Positions 1 to 10,253 of a stretch of DNA of 64,000 bases are shown here, piece by piece; within the stretch, counting starts at the first letter, position 1, and the number at the start of each line of letters is the position of its first letter. The notes below the pieces were generated by a model that was not told the DNA's origin, searched no databases, and saw nothing but the letters and a program-made list of their open reading frames with translations. The stretch covers positions 1-64,000 of the IMG/VR virus record IMGVR_UViG_3300045988_182880, one strand, 5' to 3'. The DNA is from a virus. The position numbers and the translations under genes are program-made.

Positions 1-270
1 GAAAAAACACCCTATGACTTGGGATTTTGCTGAACAAAAATAAGCCTCCGCTCTTTGGCGGGGGCTCTTCTTGTATTCTCAAAAACGTTGAATTCAATTT
101 CACTGAATTCCGATTCAACATTATTTGGCGTGGCTCAGCTTGGCCCGGCAGCACGATGCCATGGCGGTAGAACACAATGATTCTCCAGAACGGGATTCTC
201 GACATTTGGTGCGAATCGCATATAATCTAAATAGTAGATGCTAAAGAAAGAGGAGAGAGGAGAGAGAACC

Positions 271-996
271 ATGAAGGTCTTGGTCATTCCAGACTGCCAC
301 CTGAAATCCTGGATGTTTGCGCAGGCAGATACCATCATGAAAAAAGGCATTGCAGACAAAGCTGTCTGCCTTATGGACCTGGCGGATGATTTCGGGGTTC
401 ATGACGATGCACAGTATCTGGAGACCTATGAAGCCGCAATCACGTTTGCCAAGGAATATCCCGAAACTCTCTGGTGCTACGGGAACCATGACCTGAGCTA
501 CATCTGGGGAAAACCGGAAACCGGATACCATCCGGAAAAAAGAGGGCTGGTGTGTCAAGAAATTAAAAAGTTGACAAATACCTTGTCAAAGAAAAGTCAG
601 CTTGCATATATCCACAAAATTGACAAAACACTTTTCATGCACGGCGGCCTTTCCAACTACTTTGTTAAGTCTCAAATCGCGCCACAGAATCGCAAGAACA
701 TCATTGCTGTTATCAGGGCCATTAACCAGATGGGCAGCGACGCAATGTGGACAATGGACTCTCCTATCTGGTATCGACCGCAGCTTTCTCTGGATTCGGA
801 CGCAAAGCAGCTGTATCGCGGCGGCAAATATCTGCAAGTGGTGGGGCATACGCCTGTGAAAGAAGTTTACCTGGAAGGTGGAGTGCTCTCCTGTGATACT
901 TTTTCAACCTATCGTGATGGGACTCCGTACGGGTCGCAGTCTTTCTGTATTGTGGATACCGTTACCTGGGAATTTGAGACGGTCAAAGTTGCATAA
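271..996 (+). CDS. Calcineurin-like metallophosphoesterase
   Basis: The RBS-like GAGAGAGGAGAGAGAACC precedes the ATG at 271. The protein has DxH(x)nGDxxD-like N-terminal motifs and GNHD (CYGNHDLSY), typical of the metallophosphatase fold. Confidence 0.65.
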   Translation: MKVLVIPDCHLKSWMFAQADTIMKKGIADKAVCLMDLADDFGVHDDAQYLETYEAAITFAKEYPETLWCYGNHDLSYIWGKPETGYHPEKRGLVCQEIKKLTNTLSKKSQLAYIHKIDKTLFMHGGLSNYFVKSQIAPQNRKNIIAVIRAINQMGSDAMWTMDSPIWYRPQLSLDSDAKQLYRGGKYLQVVGHTPVKEVYLEGGVLSCDTFSTYRDGTPYGSQSFCIVDTVTWEFETVKVA

Positions 997-1078
997 GTGC
1001 TGCTAAAACAAACATTGAGAGGAACAGCGCTATATGCTATAATATTCCTATAAATTATTTGTGAAAGGAGGGTGCTTT

Positions 1079-2206
1079 ATGGATTTGGTGCTGAAACAAT
1101 TCGATGATATCCTGCTCCATTTTACAGCCGAACGAACCATTGACGGTATTGACGTTGCCATTACCTCAACAAACAAAGATAAAGCGACGTACCTACCCCT
1201 TGGTATGAAGCCCACCAACGAATCATTGACCCGTTGGCTGCGGCACCGGACGATTCCTGCAAACAGAGCTTATGCTCAGAATTTCCTATCAAAAAATGGC
1301 TTGAGCGAAAATGATTTCATCGGTATCCTACAAATCTGCAAAGGACTCTCCCTAACCGATTGCTATTGGGTCACTTATCCGGATGACCCAAAAACTTTCG
1401 CGCAGGTAAACCTTTTCGACAATCGATTCAGTCAAGTGCTATCGCAAATTGCTTTTACAGGTTATGGCAGTTCTCCTGCATCGAAATTCCGGTCCTCTCC
1501 TGAATTCACAACGAATGGTATGCTACCAAAAGCATGGCGTAGAAAAGACGGTAAAGTTCTGCTTTACAAGGGCGGGACAAGCGGTTTTGCCAATACTGGC
1601 AAAGAACCCTACTCTGAGTTCTATGCCGCACAGGTAGCTGAGGCAATGGGAATTGACCATATCTCTTATGGACTTTCCAAGTGGAAAGGAATGCTTTGTT
1701 CCACCTGTGAGCTGTTCACGAGCAAAGATATTTCCTTCGTTCCGGCATCCATGCTTATTGAAACCTCCAAGATTTCCCAAATCGTTGCTTGGTATGACGC
1801 TCACGGTTGGAAAGATGACTTAGCAGATATGCTGATTCTAGATGCTGTGATTCGAAATACGGACCGACATCTTGGTAACTTCGGCTTCCTGGTAGATAAC
1901 CACACAAATCAATTGCTAAAGCCTGCGCCCATCTTCGATAATGGGTTATCTCTGTACTGTTATGTTATGGATGATGACTTGAACAATCTCTCCGAGCAGG
2001 AAAAGACATTGGCTCCAGCTCTGTATACGGACTTCGATGAAGTTGCTCGCCATGTCATGGGACCAAAACAGAAACAGGAGCTGCGGCATTTGCTGACTTT
2101 CAAGTTTAAGAAACACGGTCGCTACAATCTCAGCAATGAACGGCTCAAAATGGTGGAAGAAGCGGTTCGGGGAAAAGCCAGATACTTACTGGAAACCGCG
2201 CAATAA
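1079..2206 (+). CDS. HipA-like Ser/Thr kinase (HipA_C domain)
   Basis: AAAGGAGGG RBS sits before the ATG at 1079. The C-terminal motif NTDRHLGNFGFLVDN matches the HipA catalytic D-x-H-x-x-N-F signature. Confidence 0.6.
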   Translation: MDLVLKQFDDILLHFTAERTIDGIDVAITSTNKDKATYLPLGMKPTNESLTRWLRHRTIPANRAYAQNFLSKNGLSENDFIGILQICKGLSLTDCYWVTYPDDPKTFAQVNLFDNRFSQVLSQIAFTGYGSSPASKFRSSPEFTTNGMLPKAWRRKDGKVLLYKGGTSGFANTGKEPYSEFYAAQVAEAMGIDHISYGLSKWKGMLCSTCELFTSKDISFVPASMLIETSKISQIVAWYDAHGWKDDLADMLILDAVIRNTDRHLGNFGFLVDNHTNQLLKPAPIFDNGLSLYCYVMDDDLNNLSEQEKTLAPALYTDFDEVARHVMGPKQKQELRHLLTFKFKKHGRYNLSNERLKMVEEAVRGKARYLLETAQ

Positions 2207-2340
2207 CAGTAAAATGCGTACCAATCATATAAATGCAGTCTAAAAAGAAATAGCTGCCATACAAAAATATCAAGAAACGTTTTCAAAATAACAATCAGCG
2301 CGAAAGAGGCGCCTCTTTCCTTACGGAATTCTCCGTAAGG

Positions 2341-3336
2341 ATGAGCTCCGATTGCTTCCTGCGCTGCGCGGGGGTGGCACATCTGGGCAAACTGATTGAC
2401 TTGTATTCTTATCCGGTCAGAACGGCAATGCGGTTTCTGCTGGCAGATAAGACGACAGGTGAAAATATAATCTGGGCAACAAACACTTATGAACGATATG
2501 GCGATGGTTATCGGCAGGATAATCAAATCACGCCAGAGCTGATTTCCGGGGTATATGCCAATCTTATCCAGCCACGCATTTTGAAAGCGGAAGAAGAACA
2601 AGCGGCAAGAACGAAATCCAAAGCCGAGGTCTTTACGCCCTCTTGGGTCGTCTGCTATATGAACAATAAATGCGATGACGATTGGTTTAGACGCGAGAAC
2701 GTATTTAATACGCTGGATGGCGAACACTGGGAGCCAACGAAAGAGTCTATCCACTTTGAAAAAGAGCTGGATTGGCAGCGATATGTTGATTCTCGACGGC
2801 TCGAAATTACTTGCGGCGAGGCTCCCTATCTGGTATCTCGCTATGATGCCGCTACTGGAGAAGAACTTCCGATTGAAAACAGAATCGGGATTCTGGACAG
2901 AAAGCTGCGGGTCGTGAACGAGAACACTGATAATGAAGCTGATTGGCTGAAATGGGCACGGCGGGCATTTGAAAGCACCTATGGGTACGAATATCAGGGT
3001 GACAACCTGCTTGTTGCCCGCATCAACCTGTTGATGACTTTTGTGGACTATATGCAAGAGCAATGGCGGCGGGAGCCGACTGCCAAAGAACTGAACCAGA
3101 TTGCCAATGTAATCTGCTGGAATATCTGGCAGATGGATGAACTGAAAGGGACGATTCCGGGCAAAGAGGTAAACGCTCCAGCTAACTACGAACAACTGTC
3201 CCTATTTATAAATGGATTTGAACAAGATGCGTTGCTTGATAAAGCGGCTAAGCAGAGCAAAAAGTACGAATGTAAAATTCATGATTGGCGTGCAATGAGA
3301 ACAATTACATATAACAAAATGAAGGGAGAAAAGTAG
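2341..3336 (+). CDS. N-terminal half of a gamma-class (Eco57I/PglX-like) N6-adenine DNA methyltransferase (motif X FTP, degenerate motif I), lacking NPPY
   Basis: It carries EVFTPSWVV (motif X) and LEITCGEAPYL (DPACGSG-like motif I, degenerate). There is no NPPY, and it ends 4 nt before the next gene. Confidence 0.5.
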   Translation: MSSDCFLRCAGVAHLGKLIDLYSYPVRTAMRFLLADKTTGENIIWATNTYERYGDGYRQDNQITPELISGVYANLIQPRILKAEEEQAARTKSKAEVFTPSWVVCYMNNKCDDDWFRRENVFNTLDGEHWEPTKESIHFEKELDWQRYVDSRRLEITCGEAPYLVSRYDAATGEELPIENRIGILDRKLRVVNENTDNEADWLKWARRAFESTYGYEYQGDNLLVARINLLMTFVDYMQEQWRREPTAKELNQIANVICWNIWQMDELKGTIPGKEVNAPANYEQLSLFINGFEQDALLDKAAKQSKKYECKIHDWRAMRTITYNKMKGEK

Positions 3337-3340
3337 TGCT

Positions 3341-4378
3341 ATGAAGTTCGATTATGCCATCGGAAACCCACCATACAATGCTGATTTTTCTAGCTCTGGC
3401 GACAACGGAAACTTTGCAGCACCTGTTTACAATCTTTTTATGGATGCGGCTTACACTGTTGCAGATAGGGTTGAACTAATTCATCCAGCACGTTTTTTGT
3501 TTAATGCAGGCAGTACACCAAAGGCATGGAACGAAAAAATGCTAAACAGCCAGCACTTTAAGGTGTGCTTATATGAATCGGACTGCAAAAAAGTCTTCCC
3601 GAATACAGATATTAAAGGCGGTGTAGCAATAACCTATTACGACAGAACACGTGAATTTGCACCTATTCAAGTATTCACTCCCTATGAAGAATTGAATGGA
3701 ATTTTACAGAAGACTAAAGAACATAGTGAAAAAGCAAATGTTGGCGATATAGGCATTTCGAGCTACGCATATCATTTTACAGAAGTGATGCACAAAGAGC
3801 ATCCAGAAGTGAAAGCGCTTCAAAGCAAAGGACACGAAAACGACTTGAAATCAAATATCATAGCCAAACTGCCTATGCTTTTTTACAAGGAAAAGCCAGA
3901 TAATAAAGACTATATTATAATCATGGGGCGGCTAGACAATGAGCGCGTATCAATGTTTATCCAGCGCCCCTATATCAATACAGTTAAGAACCTTGACAAC
4001 TACAAGATTTTTTTACCCAAAGCTAGTGGAGTCGGCGAATTTGGCGAAACACTAGCACCCGCCATTATTGCAGCACCAGGCGTGGGACATACAGAAACAT
4101 TTTTCAGTATTGGCAATTTTAACACCCAACAAGAGGCGGAAAACTTACTTAAATATCTAAAAACAAAATTTGCTCGTGCATTATTGTCAATTTCGAAAAA
4201 GACGCAAATGATTACGCCGAGCAACTTCAAATTTGTTCCGCTCCAAGATTTCACCGCCAACTCCGACATCAACTGGTCAGCCTCTATCTATAACATCGAC
4301 CAGCAGCTTTACAAGAAATATGGCCTTTCTCAGCAGGAAATCGACTTCATCGAATCTCATGTAAAGGAGATGGCATAA
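3341..4378 (+). CDS. C-terminal catalytic half of an N6-adenine DNA methyltransferase (NPPY motif IV at residue 8, Eco57I-type)
   Basis: The protein starts MKFDYAIGNPPYN followed by an Eco57I-like block. It has its own RBS GGGAGAAAAG and ATG, but lacks motifs X and I, which are in the upstream ORF. Confidence 0.65.
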   Translation: MKFDYAIGNPPYNADFSSSGDNGNFAAPVYNLFMDAAYTVADRVELIHPARFLFNAGSTPKAWNEKMLNSQHFKVCLYESDCKKVFPNTDIKGGVAITYYDRTREFAPIQVFTPYEELNGILQKTKEHSEKANVGDIGISSYAYHFTEVMHKEHPEVKALQSKGHENDLKSNIIAKLPMLFYKEKPDNKDYIIIMGRLDNERVSMFIQRPYINTVKNLDNYKIFLPKASGVGEFGETLAPAIIAAPGVGHTETFFSIGNFNTQQEAENLLKYLKTKFARALLSISKKTQMITPSNFKFVPLQDFTANSDINWSASIYNIDQQLYKKYGLSQQEIDFIESHVKEMA

Positions 4379-4379
4379 T

Positions 4380-7300
4380 ATGAGCACCAAAATCGTCATC
4401 AAAACAACGGACCGCGTTGTTCCGATGATTTATGCCTATACCACTCCTGAGATTGCCCGCCATAACGGTTGGACGAAAATCGGCTATACCGAGCAGGACG
4501 TAGACAAGCGTCTGAACCAGCAGACCCATACTGCTGATGTGGAATACAAGGAAGAATGGCGCGGCAATGCCACATTCGAGGACGGTTCCGGCGATACCTT
4601 TACCGACAAGGATTTCCACCGCTATTTGCGCAAGCTGAACATTGAGAACGACCCGAAAAACGAATGGTTCCATGTGACCGGGCCCGTCTCCCGCAACCAC
4701 TTTTATGATTTCCGCAGCAATCGCGGTATCCTGCAAACTCTGACCGCCGCCACGCCGTATAATCTGCGCGAGGAACAGGAAGATGCCGTAGAGAAAACGC
4801 TGGATTACAGCCGCCTGCATACCAAGGGTGAATACCTCTGGAATGCAAAACCGCGCTTCGGTAAGACGCTGACGGCCTATGAACTTTGCAAACAGATGGA
4901 CGCAGACACGGTCCTTATTGTGACGAACCGCCCTGCGATTGCAAACTCGTGGTATTCCGATTATGAGAAATTCCTCGGCCCCGATTCCGGGTATCTGTTT
5001 GTAAGCGATACCAGCTCGTTGCAGGGCAAGCCGTTTGTTGTGACCCGCAAGCAGTATCTGGATATGCTGAACAACGATGACTATAAGTGCATCGAGTTCG
5101 TCAGCTTGCAGGACCTCAAAGGCTCCATTTACTTTGGCGGTGAATTTGAAAAGTTGAAAGAGGTCAATGACATTCATTGGGATGTTCTGATTATTGACGA
5201 AGCCCACGAGGGTGTAGATACCTACAAGACGGATGTGGCGTTCGACCACATTGAACGCAACTTTACGCTGCATCTGTCCGGCACGCCGTTCAAGGCTATT
5301 GCCAGTGAGAAATTCAAAGAGGATGCCATCTATAACTGGACCTATGCCGACGAGCAAAAGAAAAAGCGTGACTGGCAAGGTGACCGGAGTGAGCAGAATC
5401 CCTACGCGAATCTGCCGCAGCTTAATATGTTCACCTATCAGATGTCCGAGGTCGTTCGGGATGAACTGAAACAGGGCATTGAAATCAACGGCGAAACGGA
5501 AGAATGGGCGTTTGACCTGAATGAATTTTTTGCGGTCAATCAGGCCGGAAACTTTGCGCATGACAGCGCCGTGGACAAGTTCCTTGACGCGCTGACAACG
5601 CAGACCAAGTTCCCGTTCTCCACGCCGGAATTACGCGATGAATTAAAGCATACGCTTTGGCTGCTGAACCGTGTGGACAGCGCCAAAGCTCTGGCCCGCA
5701 AGCTGAACAACCATCCTGTTTTCAAGGATTACAAGGTCGTCGCGGCAGTGGGTGACGGCAGGCTGAACGATGATGATTCTGCCAAAAAAGCGTTTGACAG
5801 CGTTACCGAGGCTATCGCCAAGAACGACAAGACGATTACGTTGTCTGTCGGTCAGCTTACCACAGGCGTTACGATTCCGGAATGGACTGCTGTGCTGATG
5901 CTGAGCAGTATCAAGAGCGCATCCCTGTATATGCAGGCGGCGTTCCGTGCGCAGAATCCGTGCTTGTTCCGTGACAAAGGCAAGTTCTACCGCAAGGAGA
6001 ACGCCTATATCTTCGACTTTGACCCGGCACGAACCCTTATGATTTTTGAGGAGTTCGCGAACGACCTGTATGCCAGCACTTCCGATGGTCGCGGTGATAC
6101 CGAAACCCGCAAAAAGCACATCAAGGAGCTGCTGAACTTCTTCCCGGTCATCGGTGAGGATGAAGACGGCGAGATGGTGGAGCTGGATGCAGAAAAGGTG
6201 CTTTCCATTCCGCGAAAGATTCGCTCCACAGAAGTTGTGAATCGCGGATTTATGTCCAATTATCTGTTCCAAAACATTTCCAACATCTTCGGCGCTCCGC
6301 AGGCGGTTGTGGACATTATTACAAAGTTCACCCCCGTGGACGAGCCGAAAAAACAGGAAGTCAAGAAAGAAGATTTGGACCGCGTCCATGTGGATGAAAA
6401 CGGCGATGTCAAAGTAGATGAGGGCTATGTTATCGGTCTGGCCGATGACATTTTTGGCGATAAAATCTATGATACTGTCGGTGAGCAGGTCACGCAGGCT
6501 ATTGATAAAGTCGCTGTTGACAACCAGCCCAAGGATAAGGCGCTGGAAGCGTTGCAGGAGGCTTTCAAGACGCAGGCAGTCAAACCTATCGTTGCTGCTG
6601 CCACCTCCAATTACGGCACGGAAATCAAGACTTCGGATGCCAAGCGCGTAGAAAAGAAGCTGGGCGAGGATGCAGACCGTCTGGTTGCGCGGGCTTACGG
6701 AGATTACCGTATTGAAACCAACCAAATCGAAAAAGAGCGCCATGAGCAGCTGGCTTCTGCCGCGCCTCACGAGCAGGAAAAAATCAATCAGGAGTTCGAC
6801 CAGAAAAAGGCCGAGGCCGCTGAAAAGCTGAAAGTTTCTTTGAATGATACGGTCAGCAGCTTTGTGGAGGATGCCGCCAAAGAGACTGTCCGCAGCTATG
6901 AGACGCAAATCGAGGAGCGCAAAAAGAACGATGTGGAGGATACCATCCGCGACCATTTGCGCGGTTTTGCCCGCACGATTCCGTCGTTCCTGATGGCCTA
7001 CGGCACAGAGGATACCTCCCTTGCCAACTTCGACCAAATCGTTCCAGATGAAGTTTTCCAAGAAGTCACCAGCATCACGCTGGAGCAGTTCCGTTTTCTG
7101 CGTGATGGCGGCGATTACGAGGATACCGCCACAGGCGAGACGAAGCACTTTGACGGAAAGCTGTTTGATGAAGTTGTATTCGATGATTCTATCAAAGAGT
7201 TCCTGCGGTTGAAGCGTGAATTGGCAAACTATTTTGACCCGGCAAATGAGAAGGATATCTTCGACTACATCCCGCCGCAGCGTACGAACCAAATCTTTAC

Positions 7301-7676
7301 ACCGAAAGCAACTGTTGCCGAGATGGTATCACTTTTGGAGGAAGAAAATCCCGGCTGCTTTGACGAACCGGACAAGACCTTTATTGACCTGTACATGAAA
7401 TCGGGCCTGTACATTACCGAAATTGTGAAGCGCCTGTATCAGAGTGAGGGTATGAAAGCTGCGTTCCCTGACCCCAAGGAGCGGCTGGAACATATCTTTG
7501 AAAAGCAGGTCTACGGTCTGGCTCCGTCCGAAATTATCTATCGCATTGCAACCAACTATATTCTCGGATTCTCTGAGGAGCATAACGGAAAGCAGTATAA
7601 CTTCCGTATGTGTGATGCGCTACCCTATGCAAAGGATGGGACGCTGAGCGAGAAGTTGGATGAGTTGTTTGGGTAA
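4380..7676 (+). CDS. T5orf172 (GIY-YIG-like) - SNF2-family helicase with a C-terminal methyltransferase N-half-like domain
   Basis: N-terminal KIGYTEQDVDKRLNQQ marks the T5orf172 domain. Helicase motifs are I PRFGKT, II DEAHEG, III LSGTPF and VI QAAFRAQNP. The C-terminal IFTPKATVAEMV...FIDLYMKSGLYI...VYGLAPSEIIYRIATNYIL is homologous to the FTP/motif-I region of ORF 2341-3336. Confidence 0.7.
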   Translation: MSTKIVIKTTDRVVPMIYAYTTPEIARHNGWTKIGYTEQDVDKRLNQQTHTADVEYKEEWRGNATFEDGSGDTFTDKDFHRYLRKLNIENDPKNEWFHVTGPVSRNHFYDFRSNRGILQTLTAATPYNLREEQEDAVEKTLDYSRLHTKGEYLWNAKPRFGKTLTAYELCKQMDADTVLIVTNRPAIANSWYSDYEKFLGPDSGYLFVSDTSSLQGKPFVVTRKQYLDMLNNDDYKCIEFVSLQDLKGSIYFGGEFEKLKEVNDIHWDVLIIDEAHEGVDTYKTDVAFDHIERNFTLHLSGTPFKAIASEKFKEDAIYNWTYADEQKKKRDWQGDRSEQNPYANLPQLNMFTYQMSEVVRDELKQGIEINGETEEWAFDLNEFFAVNQAGNFAHDSAVDKFLDALTTQTKFPFSTPELRDELKHTLWLLNRVDSAKALARKLNNHPVFKDYKVVAAVGDGRLNDDDSAKKAFDSVTEAIAKNDKTITLSVGQLTTGVTIPEWTAVLMLSSIKSASLYMQAAFRAQNPCLFRDKGKFYRKENAYIFDFDPARTLMIFEEFANDLYASTSDGRGDTETRKKHIKELLNFFPVIGEDEDGEMVELDAEKVLSIPRKIRSTEVVNRGFMSNYLFQNISNIFGAPQAVVDIITKFTPVDEPKKQEVKKEDLDRVHVDENGDVKVDEGYVIGLADDIFGDKIYDTVGEQVTQAIDKVAVDNQPKDKALEALQEAFKTQAVKPIVAAATSNYGTEIKTSDAKRVEKKLGEDADRLVARAYGDYRIETNQIEKERHEQLASAAPHEQEKINQEFDQKKAEAAEKLKVSLNDTVSSFVEDAAKETVRSYETQIEERKKNDVEDTIRDHLRGFARTIPSFLMAYGTEDTSLANFDQIVPDEVFQEVTSITLEQFRFLRDGGDYEDTATGETKHFDGKLFDEVVFDDSIKEFLRLKRELANYFDPANEKDIFDYIPPQRTNQIFTPKATVAEMVSLLEEENPGCFDEPDKTFIDLYMKSGLYITEIVKRLYQSEGMKAAFPDPKERLEHIFEKQVYGLAPSEIIYRIATNYILGFSEEHNGKQYNFRMCDALPYAKDGTLSEKLDELFG

Positions 7677-8399
7677 AACAGTATAGGAATATAGCTAAGC
7701 CGCCAAGCGAGTGAAATCGTTTGGTGGCTTTTCTTTTTGCTACGGAAAAGTAGACATTGTACTTGTCATGAGCTTGTTGCATACTTGCTACGAACTTGCT
7801 AAGCACTTGCTACGCTTCACCTCGAAGCAAGTTCATTTTTTTGCGCGAAAGAATATCGGATAAGTGACGCTTCCCACTCGTATGACCGAAAGAAAACATG
7901 CAAAGACTCTACCATTCTGGTAGGGCTTTTTTGCTGCCCAAAAAGTTGGAAAGATGTCGCAAGCGAACCGCTGAAACTCCGGAATTTTGTCGCAGGCCGC
8001 TCTTCACAAAAGCGAAAGGTACTGCTTCGAATCTGTGATGAGACAACCGGAGCGAGTTAACAGCAGAAGTTCAGCTGTCTCAAATGTTGTCAAGCCCGAA
8101 ACACGAAAATTAAAAGTTCAGTTTTGGAAAGCGCCGATTAAAGGTTTCGCTTTGGAAAATCCAGCAGGGAAGGGAAAGAACTAAAGTATAAATGCACGGA
8201 ATCATACCTCCTGATTTGTGCAATCTAACAAAATAGGTTACATTCTCACGAAAACGAAAAATCCGAAGTGATTCTTGGTGTATAATAGTTCTATTCAAAT
8301 TGAAGGCAGAGTACCCCATCTATAGCTGTAAGGCTTAGGTGGGGGTGAATGCCGCTTTTAAGAGCTGATTTGGTGTCATTATCACTTGCCGTAATGTGC

Positions 8400-10140
8400 G
8401 ATTTGACAATAATTATATTTAGGATGATGTTATCCTAAATCGAAACGAGAGGAGGTGAAATAATGCACAGTGCTACTCAAATCTGCGTGACATCGGACAG
8501 CGAGTTTTATGATTATTTCGCCACTATTACGATGCTGGCAAACAATTTGCGGAATGCTACACTGTTTCGTGTTCGGCAGGTCCTCACAATGGTAGAAAAG
8601 CCTTTTGATAACCTTACTGCCAACGAACTGGAAGTTTACAATGAAATTGCTTGCGCATTACCTTTAATGGGTGACAGGTATAAAATGCCTGTCAAGGGGA
8701 AGCAATTCTTGAACTACTACTTTCTGGAAGCTCTACTCAAAGCAACGAAAAACCCAGATTACTTTGCGGAAAAGCTGCCAAAGCAAACAGCGCAGCAGGT
8801 CCTAAAAGAAGCGGCGAGCGACATGAAAGGCTTTTACGCCGGAATCCGTGCTCTTAAAAAGAATCCGTCCGCTTTTACCGGTAAGCCAAAGCTTCCGCGT
8901 TATGGCACGAAAGGCGGCTATCATACTGCCATTATTTCAAACCAAGATTGTGTCATTTACGCTGTTAAAGACAAGCCCGGCTGTCATGAAGTAAAGTTTC
9001 CAGGTATTCCAAAGCGAATGTTCATTTCCGACATGCCGATGCGCGGGCGCTTAATGCAGGTGACAGTGAAACCGAATCACGGAAACTTTGTGCTGTCTTT
9101 CGTCTTTGAGGATGGGAAAGAGAAACCCGTAACAAAGCCTCCTCACCGTATGGCTGGTATTGACCTTGGAGTAGATAACGCTGCAGCTATCACGAACAAT
9201 TTAGGTTTGCCTTGCCTCTTGTTCAAAGGCGGTGTTATGAAGTCCATCAACCAGCTGTACAACAAAAAGATGGCGAAAATTCAGTCTGAGCAGACAAAAG
9301 GTACAAGCAAAAAGTTTGTGATGACGAAAGAAGCTCATCAACTGTGCGTTTGGCGCAACCGCCGCATTGATGATGTCATCAGCAAAATAGGGAATCGCAT
9401 CATCGACTGGTGCTGCGATAACGATATTGATACTATTATCATTGGCCACAATACCCGCTGGAAGCAAAACGCTAACATGGGCAAAAAGAACAATCAGACT
9501 TTTACACAGCTTCCGCTGTATAAGTTGATTGAAAATATCACCTATCGTGCCGAATGGTGTGGCATCCGCGTTATCGAGCGTGAGGAATCTTACACTTCAA
9601 AAGCCTCTTTCCTGGATAACGATATCATCCCTACATACGGTGAAGCGAAAGAGCCTAAATTCAGCGGCAGGCGCATCAAGCGCGGCTTGTATAAAGCAGC
9701 AGATGGTACTATCATCAACGCTGACTTGAACGGCAGCGCCAATATCCTGCGGAAAGAGTTTCCTGACGCTTTTGCATCTCACCAGCCGGATTTTAGCAGT
9801 GTGGTAATTATTCGCCATCCCGATTTGGAGAGCATCAAACGCAATCGTGAAAAGCAGCTTGCCAAACCGAAAGGTATCAGCAAGTCAAAAATCAAGCGTT
9901 TGAAAGCAAAAGGTAAAATGTAATCCCTCTGGGATAGAGCTTTGTGAATAGCTTTAAGCCCTTACCCTTTAGTTTCGTCTCCTCCAGAAGCCCCGTCTAT
10001 AAGGACGGAACGGAGTGACGTACTTTAGGCGGGGTAATTCACGTAGATGAGACTTTCACTATTAACCCTCAGACAAATTCCTTGACAACATCGGAATAAT
10101 TTGACGCCCTCCTGCGATTAAAATTGTTGGCTTTCCCAGA
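8400..10140 (+). mobile_element. Putative TnpB-only IS (IS1341-like); 3' flank 9924-10140 is a candidate omega/reRNA
   Basis: A hairpin TTTAGGATGATGTTATCCTAAA lies just upstream of tnpB. A structured GC-rich tail follows the stop. The boundaries are approximate. Confidence 0.35.
8463..9923 (+). CDS. tnpB: TnpB-like RNA-guided nuclease (IS200/IS605 OrfB family, standalone)
   Basis: RuvC-I is GIDLGVDNAA and a RuvC-II Glu lies in VIEREESYTSK. There is a Zn-finger region, and RuvC-III is NADLNGSANI. Confidence 0.8.
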   Translation: MHSATQICVTSDSEFYDYFATITMLANNLRNATLFRVRQVLTMVEKPFDNLTANELEVYNEIACALPLMGDRYKMPVKGKQFLNYYFLEALLKATKNPDYFAEKLPKQTAQQVLKEAASDMKGFYAGIRALKKNPSAFTGKPKLPRYGTKGGYHTAIISNQDCVIYAVKDKPGCHEVKFPGIPKRMFISDMPMRGRLMQVTVKPNHGNFVLSFVFEDGKEKPVTKPPHRMAGIDLGVDNAAAITNNLGLPCLLFKGGVMKSINQLYNKKMAKIQSEQTKGTSKKFVMTKEAHQLCVWRNRRIDDVISKIGNRIIDWCCDNDIDTIIIGHNTRWKQNANMGKKNNQTFTQLPLYKLIENITYRAEWCGIRVIEREESYTSKASFLDNDIIPTYGEAKEPKFSGRRIKRGLYKAADGTIINADLNGSANILRKEFPDAFASHQPDFSSVVIIRHPDLESIKRNREKQLAKPKGISKSKIKRLKAKGKM

Positions 10141-10253
10141 CTTCATTTGCGATTTTGCAAATAAAGTTTCACTCTGGAAATATGGTGGAAAAGGAAAACG
10201 CCGAAGCGCTTTTGATGTATAATAGCCTTATACAAAGAAAAAAGGAGAAAATC

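Noticed and set aside
2341-4378. Interpreting the MTase split as a simple frameshift pseudogene
   Set aside because: The second ORF has its own strong RBS (GGGAGAAAAG) and ATG 4 nt after the first stop. The frames do not overlap. A genuine split into two genes is at least as likely, so it is reported as two CDS with the caveat.
5643-7292. Long antisense ORFs (549 aa) inside the helicase gene
   Set aside because: Shadow ORFs on the opposite strand of strongly motif-supported genes. They have low-complexity, unusual composition and no RBS. The same applies to the ORFs at 2122-3195, 4347-5561, 16519-18048, 22866-23627, 27276-28163, 28688-29689, 30507-31625, 32290-33231, 38320-39513 and 42412-43365.
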